Below, in pieces: positions 52,901 through 64,000 of a stretch of 64,000 nt of DNA (position 1 is the stretch's first letter; every line of letters starts with the position of its first letter). This DNA comes from Camelus dromedarius (Eukaryota). The stretch is taken from positions 3,906,001 to 3,970,000 of the forward strand of contig NC_087436.1 in assembly GCF_036321535.1 (NCBI RefSeq), written 5' to 3'. The position numbers were made by a program, and so were the translations under genes. The notes beneath the pieces were generated by a model. That model saw nothing but the letters and a program-made list of their open reading frames with translations. It had not been told where the DNA came from and did no database searches.

Positions 52901-55900
52901 AAGAAACTTTGTGTTCCCAACAAGCTAGGTGAAGAATGGCTTTCACACACAATTATCTCTCAGAACTGAGCATGTGGAGAGACGTTCGTTCATCTAGCAC
53001 AAATGGAACAGCTTGCAGTAGAAACTTTTACTCCGGTTTCTCAGTCTGTTTCCTAGTGCCTGCTTGAAGTTCCTGCAGTTTTCACTGTAAAATCGTGTTG
53101 GAGCTAGTACTTCCCCATATATATTAAGGGAGTGGAGTTTGCAACTTAAAAGAAATTTTGTATTCCCAACAAGCTAGGTGAACGAAGGCTTTCACACACA
53201 ATTATTTCTCAGAACTGAGCATGAGGAGAGACGTTGTTTCATCTAGAACCAAGGGAACGGGTTGCAGGAGTAACTTTTACTCTGGGTTCTCAGTCAGTTT
53301 CCTAGTGCAGTTTTGCAGTTCCTGCAGTTTTCACTGTAAAACCGTGTTGGAGCTAGAACCTCCCGATATAAATGTATGGAGTGGAGTTTGCAACTGAAAA
53401 GAAACTTTGTGTTCCCAATAAGCTAGGTGAAGGAAGGCTTTCACACACATTTATCCCTCAGAACTGAGCATGTGGAGAGACGTTCGTTCATCTAACAAAA
53501 AGGGAACGGATTGCAGGAGAAATTTTTACTGTGGTTCCTCTGTCTGTTTTCTAGTGCCGGGTTGATGGTCCTGCAGTTTTCAATGTTAAACCGAGTTGGA
53601 GCAAGAACCTACCCATATATATATATGGAGAGGAGTTTGCAACTGAAAAGAAACTTTGTGTTCCCAACAAGCTAAATGAAGGACGGCTTTCACACACACA
53701 TATTTCTCAGAACTGAGCATGTGGAGAGACTTTCGTTCATCTAGCACAAATGGAACGGGTTGCAGGAGAAACTTTTACTCTGGATTCTCAATCTTTTTCC
53801 TAGTGCCGGTTTGAAGTTCATGCAGTTTTCACTGTAAAACCGAGTTGGAGCTAGAACCTACCCATATATATGAATGGATTGGAGTTTGCAACTGAAAAGA
53901 ATCTTTGTGTTCCCTACAAGCAAGGTGAAGGACGGCTTCACACACATTTATCACTCAGAAATGAGCATATGGAGAGACGTTCTTTCATCTAGCACAAAGC
54001 GAATGGGTTACAGGAGAAACTTCTACTCTGGTTTCTCAGTCTGTTTCCTAGTGCTGGTTTGAAGTTCCTGAAGTTTTCACTGTAAAACCGAGTTGGAGCT
54101 AGTACCTCCCCATATATATGTATGGAGTGGAGTTTGCAACTGAAAAGAATCTTTATGTTCCCAACAAGCTACTTGAAGAACGGCTTCACACACACTTATC
54201 TCTCAGAAAGGAGCATGTGCAGAGACGTTCGTTCATTTAGCACAAAGGGAACTGGTTGCAGGAGAAAGTTTTACTCTGATTTCTGTCTGTTTCCTAGTGC
54301 CTGTTTGAATTTCCTGCAGTTTTCACTGTAAAACCGTGTTGAAGCTAGTACCTACTCATATATATTTATGGAGTGGAGTTTGCAACTTAAAAGAAACTTT
54401 GTGTTCCCAACAAGCTAGGTGAAGGAAGGCTTTCACACACAATTAACTCTCACAACTGAGCATGTGGAGAGACGTTCGTTCTTCTAGCACAAATGGAACG
54501 GGTTGCAGGAGAAACTTTTATTCTGGTTCCACAGTCTGTTTCCTAGTGCCACTTTGATGGTCCTGCAGTATTCACTGTTAAACAGAGTTGGAGCTGGTAG
54601 CACCCCATATATATGTATGGATTGGAGTTTGCAACTGAAAAGAAACTTTGTTTTCCCAACAAGCTAGACGAAGGGCGGCTTTAACAAACACTTATCTCTC
54701 AGAACTGAGCATGTGGAGACACGTTCGTTCATCTAGCACAAAGGGAACACGTTGCAGGAGAAACTTTTACTCTGGTTTCTCAGTCTGTTTCCTAGTTCCG
54801 GTTTGAAATTCCTGCAGTTTCCACTGTAAAACAGTTTTGGAGCTAGTGCCTCCCCATATATATTTATGCAGAAGTGTTTGCAACTGAAAAGAAACTTTGT
54901 GTTCCGAAGAAGCTGGGTGAAGTACGGCTTTCACACACACTTACCTCTCAGAACTGAGCATGTGGAGAGATTTTCGTTCATCTAGCACAAAGGGAACAGG
55001 TTGCAGGAGGAACATTTACTCTGGTTTCTCAGTCTGTTTCCTAGTGCCGTTTTGAAGTTCCTGCAGTTTTCACTCTTAAACCGTGTTTGACCTAGAAACG
55101 ACCCTTATATATGTATGGAGTGGAGTTTGCTACTGAAAAGAAACTTTGTGTTCCCAACAAGCTAGGTGAAGTACGGCTTTCACACACTTATCTCTCAGAA
55201 CAGAGCATGTGGAGAGACGTTCGTTCATCTAGCACAAAGGGAACAGTTTGCAGGGGAACTTTTACTGTGGTATCTCAGTGTGTTTCCTAGTGCCGTTTTG
55301 AAGTTCCTGCTGTATTCACTGTTAAACCGAGTTGGAGCTGGTACCACCCCATATATATGTATGGATTGGAGTTTGCAACTGAAAAGAAACTTTGTTTTCC
55401 CAACAAGCTAGATGAAGGATGGCTTTCACACACACTTATCTCTCAGAACTGAGCATGTGGAGAGACGTTCGTTCATCTAGCACAAAAGGAACGGGTTGCA
55501 GCATAAACATTTACTGTAGTTTCTCAGTCTGTTTCCTATTGCCGGTTTGAAGTTCCTGCAGTTTTCACTGTAAAACAGATTTGGAGCTAGTACCTCCCCA
55601 TATATATGTATGGAGAAGGGTATGGAACAGAAAAGTAACTTTGTGTTCCCATAATCTAGGTGAAGGACGGCTTTCACACACACTTATCTGTCAGAACTGA
55701 GCACGTGGAGAGATGTTTGTTCATGTAGAACCAAGGGAACGGGTTGCAGGAGGAACTTTCACTCTGGTTTCTCAGTCTGTTTCCTAGTTCCGGTTTGAAT
55801 TTCCTTCAGTTTTCACACTTAAACCGAGTTGGACCTAGAAACGCAACATATATATGTATGGAGTGGAATTTGCTACTGAAAAGAAACTTTGTGTTCCCAA

Positions 55901-58900
55901 CAAGCTAGGTGAAGGACGGCTTTCACACACACTTATCTCTCAGAAATGAGCATGTGGAGAGACTTTCGTTCATGTAGCACAAAGGGAACGGGTTGCAGGA
56001 GAAAAGTTACTCTGCTTTCTCAGTCTGTTTCCTAGTGCCTGTTTGATGGTCCTGCCGTTTTCACTGTAAAACAAAGTTGGAGCTAGTCCCTCCCCATATA
56101 TATGTATGGAGTGAAGTTTGCAACTGAAAATAAACTTTCTGTTCCCAACAAGGTATGTGAAGTACGGCTTTCACACACACTTACCTCTCAGAACTGAGCA
56201 TGTGGAGAGACTTTCGTTCATCTAGCACAAAGGGAACGGTTTGCAGGAGGAAATTTTACTCTGGTTTCTCAGTCTGTTTCCTAGTGCCGGTTTGAAGTTC
56301 CTGCAGTTTTCACTGTAAAACAGACTTGAAGCTAGTACCTCCCCATATATATGTTTGGAGTGGAGTTTGCAACTGAAAAGAAAATATGTATTCCCAACAG
56401 CTAGGTAAAGAACGGCTTTCACACACAATTATCTCTCAGAACTGAGCATGTGGAGAGACGTTCGTTCATCTAGAACAAAGGGAACAGGTTGCAGGAGAAA
56501 CTTTTACTCTGGTTTCTCAGTCTGTTTCCTAGTGCCTGTTTGAAGTTCCTGCAGTTTTCACTGTAAAACAGAGTTGGAGCTAGTACTTCCCCATATATAT
56601 TAATGGAGTGGAGTTTGCAACTGAAAAGAAATTTTGTATTCCCAACAAGCTAGGTGAAGGAAGGCTTTCACACACAATTATGTCTCAGAACTGAGCATGA
56701 GGAGAGACGTTCGTTCATCTAGCAACAAGGGAACGGGTTGCAGGAGAAACATTTACTCTGGGTTCTCAGTCTGTTTCCTAGTGCCGTATTGAAGTTCCTG
56801 CAGTTTTCACTGTAAAACAGAGTTGGAGCTAGAACCTCCCCAAATAAATGTATGGAGTGGAGTTTGCAACTGAAAAGAAACTTTGTGTTCCCAACAAGCT
56901 AGATGAAGGACGGCTTTCACACACACATATTTCTCAGAACTGAGCATGTGCAGAGACTTTCGTTCATCTAGCACAAAGGGAACGGGTTGCATTAGAAAAT
57001 TTACTCTGGATTCTCAGACTTTTTCCTAGTGCCGGTTTGATTTTTCTGCAGATTTCAATGTAAAATCGAGTTGGAGCTATTACCTCCCCATATAAATTTA
57101 TGGAGTGGAGTTTGCAACTGAAAAGAAACTTTGTGTTCCCAACAAGCTAGGTGAAGGAAGGCTTTCACACACATATATCCCTCAGAACTGAGCATGTGGA
57201 GAGACGTTCGTTCATCTAGCACAAAGGGAACGGGTTGCAGGAGAAACTTTTACTGTGGTTCCTCATTCTGTTTTCTAGTGCCGGGTTGATGGTCCTGCAG
57301 TTTTCAATGTTAAACCGATTTGGAGCTAGTACCTCACCATAGATATGTATGGAGTGGTGTTTGCAACTGAAAACAAACTTTGTGTTCCCAACAAGCTAGG
57401 TGAAGGACGGCTTTCACACACACTTATCCCTCAGAACTGAGCATGTGGAGAGACGATGGTTCATCTAGCACAAAGGGAATGGGTTGCAGGAGAAACTTAT
57501 ACTCTGGTTTCTGAGACTTTTTCCTAGTGCCATTTTGAAGTTCATAGAGTTTTCACTGTAAAATCGAGTTTGAGCTAGTACTTCCCCATATATATGTATG
57601 GAGTGAATTTTGCACCTGAAAAGATACTTTCTGTTCCCTAGAAGCTAGGTGAAGTACGGTTTCACACACACTGATCTCTCAGAACTGAGCATGTGGGGAG
57701 ACGTTCGTTCAGATAGCACCAAGGGAACGGGATGCAGGAGAAACTTTTACTCTGGTTTCTCAGTCTGTTTCCTAGTGCCTGTTTGATGGTCCTGCAGTTT
57801 TCACTGTAAAAAACTTTTGGAGCTAGTTCCTCCCCATATATATATATATGGAGTGAAATTTGCAACTGAAAATAAACTTTGTGTTCCGAAGAAGCTGGGT
57901 GAAGTACGGCTTTCACACACACTTACCTCTCAGAACTGAGCATGTGGAGAGACTTTCGTTCATCTAGCACAAAGGGAACAGGTTGCAGGAGGAAATTTTA
58001 CTCTGGTTTCTCTGTCTGTTTCCTAGTGCCGGTTTGAAGTTCCTGCAGTTTTCACTGTAAAACAGACTTGGAGCTAGTACCTCCCCATATATATGTTTGG
58101 AGAGGATTTTGCAACTGAAAAGAAACTTTGTGTTCCCAACAAGCTAGGTGAAGAATGGCTTTCACACACAATTATCTCTCAGAACTGAGCATGTGGAGAG
58201 ACGTTCGTTCATCTAGCACAAATGGAACAGCTTGCAGTAGAAACTTTTACTCCGGTTTCTCAGTCTGTTTCCTAGTGCCTGCTTGAAGTTCCTGCAGTTT
58301 TCACTGTAAAATCGTGTTGGAGCTAGTACTTCCCCATATATATTAAGGGAGTGGAGTTTGCAACTTAAAAGAAATTTTGTATTCCCAACAAGCTAGGTGA
58401 ACGAAGGCTTTCACACACAATTATTTCTCAGAACTGAGCATGAGGAGAGACGTTGTTTCATCTAGAACCAAGGGAACGGGTTGCAGGAGTAACTTTTACT
58501 CTGGGTTCTCAGTCAGTTTCCTAGTGCAGTTTTGCAGTTCCTGCAGTTTTCACTGTAAAACCGTGTTGGAGCTAGAACCTCCCGATATAAATGTATGGAG
58601 TGGAGTTTGCAACTGAAAAGAAACTTTGTGTTCCCAATAAGCTAGGTGAAGGAAGGCTTTCACACACATTTATCCCTCAGAACTGAGCATGTGGAGAGAC
58701 GTTCGTTCATCTAACAAAAAGGGAACGGATTGCAGGAGAAATTTTTACTGTGGTTCCTCTGTCTGTTTTCTAGTGCCGGGTTGATGGTCCTGCAGTTTTC
58801 AATGTTAAACCGAGTTGGAGCAAGAACCTACCCATATATATATATGGAGAGGAGTTTGCAACTGAAAAGAAACTTTGTGTTCCCAACAAGCTAAATGAAG

Positions 58901-60360
58901 GACGGCTTTCACACACACATATTTCTCAGAACTGAGCATGTGGAGAGACTTTCGTTCATCTAGCACAAATGGAACGGGTTGCAGGAGAAACTTTTACTCT
59001 GGATTCTCAATCTTTTTCCTAGTGCCGGTTTGAAGTTCATGCAGTTTTCACTGTAAAACCGAGTTGGAGCTAGAACCTACCCATATATATGAATGGATTG
59101 GAGTTTGCAACTGAAAAGAATCTTTGTGTTCCCTACAAGCAAGGTGAAGGACGGCTTCACACACATTTATCACTCAGAAATGAGCATATGGAGAGACGTT
59201 CTTTCATCTAGCACAAAGCGAATGGGTTACAGGAGAAACTTTTACTCTGGTTTCTCAGTCTGTTTCCTAGTGCTGGTTTGAAGTTCCTGAAGTTTTCACT
59301 GTAAAACCGAGTTGGAGCTAGTACCTCCCCATATATATGTATGGAGTGGAGTTTGCAACTGAAAAGAATCTTTATGTTCCCAACAAGCTACTTGAAGAAC
59401 GGCTTCACACACACTTATCTCTCAGAAAGGAGCATGTGCAGAGACGTTCGTTCATTTAGCACAAAGGGAACTGGTTGCAGGAGAAAGTTTTACTCTGATT
59501 TCTGTCTGTTTCCTAGTGCCTGTTTGAATTTCCTGCAGTTTTCACTGTAAAACCGTGTTGAAGCTAGTACCTACTCATATATATTTATGGAGTGGAGTTT
59601 GCAACTTAAAAGAAACTTTGTGTTCCCAACAAGCTAGGTGAAGGAAGGCTTTCACACACAATTAACTCTCACAACTGAGCATGTGGAGAGACGTTCGTTC
59701 TTCTAGCACAAATGGAACGGGTTGCAGGAGAAACTTTTATTCTGGTTCCACAGTCTGTTTCCTAGTGCCACTTTGATGGTCCTGCAGTATTCACTGTTAA
59801 ACAGAGTTGGAGCTGGTAGCACCCCATATATATGTATGGATTGGAGTTTGCAACTGAAAAGAAACTTTGTTTTCCCAACAAGCTAGACGAAGGGCGGCTT
59901 TAACAAACACTTATCTCTCAGAACTGAGCATGTGGAGACACGTTCGTTCATCTAGCACAAAGGGAACACGTTGCAGGAGAAACTTTTACTCTGGTTTCTC
60001 AGTCTGTTTCCTAGTTCCGGTTTGAAATTCCTGCAGTTTCCACTGTAAAACAGTTTTGGAGCTAGTGCCTCCCCATATATATTTATGCAGAAGTGTTTGC
60101 AACTGAAAAGAAACTTTGTGTTCCGAAGAAGCTGGGTGAAGTACGGCTTTCACACACACTTACCTCTCAGAACTGAGCATGTGGAGAGACTTTCGTTCAT
60201 CTAGCACAAAGGGAACAGGTTGCAGGAGGAACTTTTACTCTGGTTTCTCAGTCTGTTTCCTAGTGCCGTTTTGAAGTTCCTGCAGTTTTCACTCTTAAAC
60301 CGTGTTTGACCTAGAAACGACCCTTATATATGTATGGAGTGGAGTTTGCTACTGAAAAGA
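49947..60360 (+). repeat. Near-identical tandem duplication with a 5219 bp period (21 monomers), 2 copies
   Basis: Seven ORF pairs at offset 5219 (49947/55166, 50258/55477, 51003/56222, 51588/56807, 52443/57662, 53874/59093, 54122/59341), including the shared +2 TA expansion near 52620/57840. Confidence 0.92.
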
Positions 60361-61159
60361 AACTTTTTTTTCCCAACAAGCTAGGTGAAAGACGGCTTTC
60401 ACACACACTTATCTCTCAGAACTAAGAATGTGGGGAGACGTTCGTTCATCTAGCAAAAAGGGAACGGGTTGCAGGAGAAACTTTTACTCTGGTTTCTCAG
60501 TCTGTTTTCTAGTGCCGGTTTGAAGTTCTTGCATTTTTCACTGTAAAACCGAGATGGAGCTAGTACCTCCCCATATATATGTATTGAGTGGAGTTTGCAA
60601 CTGAAAATAAAATTTGTGTTCCCAACAATTTAGTTGAAGTACGGCTTTCACACACAATTATCTCTCAGAACTGAGCATGTGGAGAGACGTTCGTTCATCT
60701 AGCACAAAGGGTACGGTTTGGAGGAGAAACTTTTACTCTGGTTTCTCAGTCTGTTTCCTAGTCCCGGTTTGAAGTTCCTGCACTTTTCACTGTAAATCCG
60801 AGTTGTAGGTAGTACCTCCCCATATATATGTATCTAGAGGGGTTTGCAACTGAAAAGAAACTTTGTGTTTCCAACAAGCTAGTTGAAGGACGGCTTTCAC
60901 ACACATTTATCTCTCAGAACTGAGCATGTGGAGAGACTTTCGTTCATCTAGCACAAATGGAACGGGTTGCAGGATAAATTTTACTGTGGTTTCTCAGTCT
61001 TTTACCTAGTGCCGGTTTGAAGTTCTTGCATTTTTCACTGTAAAACCGAGTTGGAGCTAGTACCTCCCCATATATATGTATGGAGGGAAGTTTGCAACTG
61101 AAAAGAAACTTTCTGTTCCCAACAAGTTAGTTGAAGTACGGCTTTCACACACAATTATC

Positions 61160-64000
61160 TCTCAGAACTGAGCATGTGGAGAGACGTTCGTTCATCTAGC
61201 ACAAAGGGAACGGGTTGCAGGAGAAACTTTTACTGTGGTTTCTCAGTCTGTTACCTAGTGCCGGTTTGAAGTTCCTGCGGTTTTCAGTGTAAAACCGCGT
61301 TGGAGCTACTACCTCCAAATATATATATATGGAGTGGAGTTTGCAACCTAAAAGAAACTTTGTTTTCCCAACAAGGTAGGTGAATGACGGCTTTCACACA
61401 CACTTATCTCTCAGAACTGAGCATGTGGAGAGACGTTCGTTCATCTAGCACAAACGGAACGGGTTGCAGGAGGAACTTTTACTCTGGTTCCTCATTCTCT
61501 TTCCTAGTGCCAGTTTAAATGTCCTGCAGTTTTCACTGTTAAACCGAGTTGGAGCTAGAACCTCCCCATATATATGTATGGAGTGGAGTTTGCAACTGAA
61601 AAGAAACTTTGTGTTCCCAACAAGTTAGTTGAAGTACGGCTTTCACACACACTTATCTCTCAGAAATGAGCAAGTGGAGAGACGTTCGTTCATCTAGCAC
61701 AAAAGGAATGGCTTGAAGGAGAAAGTTTTACTCTGGTTCCTCAGTCTGTTTCCTAGTGCCGGTTTGAAGTTCCTGCAGTTTTCACTGTAAAACCGAGTTG
61801 GAGCTAGTACCTCCCCATATATATGTATGGAGTGGATTTTGCAACTAAAAAGAAACTTTGTGTTCCCAACAACCTAGGTGAAGAACGGCTTTCACACACA
61901 CTTATCTCTCAGAACTGAGCATGTGGAGAGACGTTCGTTCATCTAGCACAAACGGAACGGGTTGCAGGAGGAACTTTTACTCTGGTTCCTCAGTCTCTTT
62001 CCTAGTGCCAGTTTAAATGTCCTGCAGTTTTCACTGTTAAACCGAGTTGGAGCTAGAACCTCCCCATATATATGTATGGAGTGGAGTTTGCAACTGAAAA
62101 GAAACTTTGTGTTCCCAACAAGCTAGTTGAAGGACGGCTTTCACACACAATTATCTCTCAGAACTGAGCATGTGGAGAGACGTTCGTTCATCTAGCACAA
62201 AGGGAACGGGTTGCAGGAGAAACTTTTACTGTGGTTTCTCAGTCTGTTACCTAGTGCCGGTTTGAAGTTCCTGCGGTTTTCATTGTAAAACCGAGTTGGA
62301 GCTACTACCTCCACATATATATATATGGAGTGGAGTTTGCAACCTAAAAGAAACTTTGTTTTCCCAACAAGGTAGGTGAATGACAGCTTTCACACACACT
62401 TATCTCTCAGAACTGAGCATGTGGAGAGACGTTCGTTCATCTAGCACAAACGGAACGGGTTGCAGGAGGAACTTTTACTCTGGTTCCTCAGTCTCTTTCC
62501 TAGTGCCAGTTTAAATGTCCTGCAGTTTTCACTGTTAAACCGAGTTGGAGCTAGAACCTCCCCATATATATGTATGGAGTGGAGTTTGCAACTGAAAAGA
62601 AACTTTGTGTTCCCAACAATTTAGTTGAAGTACGGCTTTCACACACACTTATCTCTCAGAAATGAGCAAGTGGAGAGACGTTCGTTCATCTAGCACAAAA
62701 GGAATGGCTTGAAGGAGAAAGTTTTACTCTGGTTTCTCAGTCTGTTTCCTAGTGCCGGTTTGAAGTTCCTGCAGTTTTCACTGTAAAACCGAGTTGGAGC
62801 TAGTACCTCCCCATATATATGTATGGAGTGGATTTTGCAACTAAAAAGAAACTTTGTGTTCCCAACAACCTAGGTGAAGAACGGCTTTCACACACACTTA
62901 TCTCTCAGAACTGAGCATGTGGAGAGACGTTCGTTCATCTAGCACAAACGGAACGGGTTGCAGGAGGAACTTTTACTCTGGTTCCTCAGTCTCTTTCCTA
63001 GTGCCAGTTTAAATGTCCTGCAGTTTTCACTGTTAAACCGAGTTGGAGCTAGAACCTCCCCATATATATGTATGGAGTGGAGTTTGCAACTGAAAAGAAA
63101 CTTTGTGTTCCCAACAAGCTAGTTGAAGGACGGCTTTCACACACAATTATCTCTCAGAACTGAGCATGTGGAGAGACGTTCGTTCATCTAGCACAAAGGG
63201 AACGGGTTGCAGGAGAAACTTTTACTGTGGTTTCTCAGTCTGTTACCTAGTGCCGGTTTGAAGTTCCTGCGGTTTTCATTGTAAAACCGAGTTGGAGCTA
63301 CTACCTCCACATATATATATATGGAGTGGAGTTTGCAACCTAAAAGAAACTTTGTTTTCCCAACAAGGTAGGTGAATGACAGCTTTCACACACACTTATC
63401 TCTCAGAACTGAGCATGTGGAGAGACGTTCGTTCATCTAGAACAAACGGAACGGGTTGCAGGAGGAACTTTTACTCTGGTTCCTCAGTCTCTTTCCTAGT
63501 GCCAGTTTAAATGTCCTGCAGTTTTCACTGTTAAACCGAGTTGGAGCTAGAACCTCCCCATATATATGTATGGAGTGGAGTTTGCAACTGAAAAGAAACT
63601 TTGTGTTCCCAACAAGCTAGTTGAAGGACGGCTTTCACACACAATTATCTCTCAGAACTGAGCATGTGGAGAGACGTTCGTTCATCTAGCACAAAGGGAA
63701 CGGGTTGCAGGAGAAACTTTTACTGTGGTTTCTCAGTCTGTTACCTAGTGCCGGTTTGAAGTTCCTGCGGTTTTCATTGTAAAACCGAGTTGGAGCTACT
63801 ACCTCCACATATATATATATGGAGTGGAGTTTGCAACCTAAAAGAAACTTTGTTTTCCCAACAAGGTAGGTGAATGACAGCTTTCACACACACTTATCTC
63901 TCAGAACTGAGCATGTGGAGAGACGTTCGTTCATCTAGCACAAACGGAACGGGTTGCAGGAGGAACTTTTACTCTGGTTCCTCAGTCTCTTTCCTAGTGC
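61160..64000 (+). repeat. Short homogeneous HOR: 996 bp 4-mer x2 followed by a 498 bp dimer
   Basis: The marker CTGCGGTTTT is at 61275, 62271, 63267 and 63765 (spacings 996, 996, 498). The marker AAAAGGAATGGCTTGAAGG is at 61701 and 62697. Confidence 0.9.

Larger units (their letters stand above)
1..64000 (+). repeat. Tandem satellite DNA array, ~249 bp monomer, ~257 copies, single orientation; probable (peri)centromeric heterochromatin
   Basis: Motifs such as CTCTCAGAACTGAGCATGTGGAGAGACG and TTCCCAACAAGCTAG recur every 247-251 bp from the first to the last line, with no unique sequence and no strand switch seen. The centromeric assignment is inference from monomer-plus-HOR architecture only. 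Confidence 0.98.

Noticed and set aside
218..59550. Numerous 60-120 aa ORFs on both strands, with recurring peptides
   Set aside because: They are translations of the satellite. Because 249 is divisible by 3, frames recur; they open and close with point variants, occur in all frames and show no recognisable domain.
1..64000. CRISPR-like regular repeats
   Set aside because: The entire 249 bp unit is repeated, with no unique spacers, leader or cas genes.
1..64000. Transposon insertion or inversion within the array
   Set aside because: No non-satellite segment, target-site duplication or reverse-orientation monomer was seen.

Overview
The whole 64 kb window is one uninterrupted head-to-tail tandem satellite array, all in one orientation. 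The monomer is ~249 bp (about 257 copies). Consensus read by eye: AACTTTGTGTTCCCAACAAGCTAGGTGAAGGACGGCTTTCACACACACTTATCTCTCAGAACTGAGCATGTGGAGAGACGTTCGTTCATCTAGCACAAAGGGAACGGGTTGCAGGAGAAACTTTTACTCTGGTTTCTCAGTCTGTTTCCTAGTGCCGGTTTGAAGTTCCTGCAGTTTTCACTGTAAAACCGAGTTGGAGCTAGTACCTCCCCATATATATGTATGGAGTGGAGTTTGCAACTGAAAAGA. I see no genes, RNA genes, transposon insertions or CRISPR arrays; the ORFs are chance frames through the satellite. This architecture is typical of eukaryotic centromeric or pericentromeric heterochromatin, but I cannot name the family or organism. Structure appears at three scales. (1) Inside the monomer there is a ~97 bp imperfect palindrome plus three smaller hairpins, and traces of an ancient ~125 bp dimer. 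(2) From ~17 to 61 kb a large higher-order repeat (HOR) recurs as 34-, 38-, 19-, 24- and 21-monomer variants related by in-register deletions. (3) Domains of different age sit side by side: a degenerate domain (~5.9-11.4 kb), near-identical 4.7 and 5.2 kb duplications, and a simple 4-mer/2-mer HOR at the right end. Offsets come from repeated ORFs in the supplied track and from diagnostic variants; boundaries are approximate.
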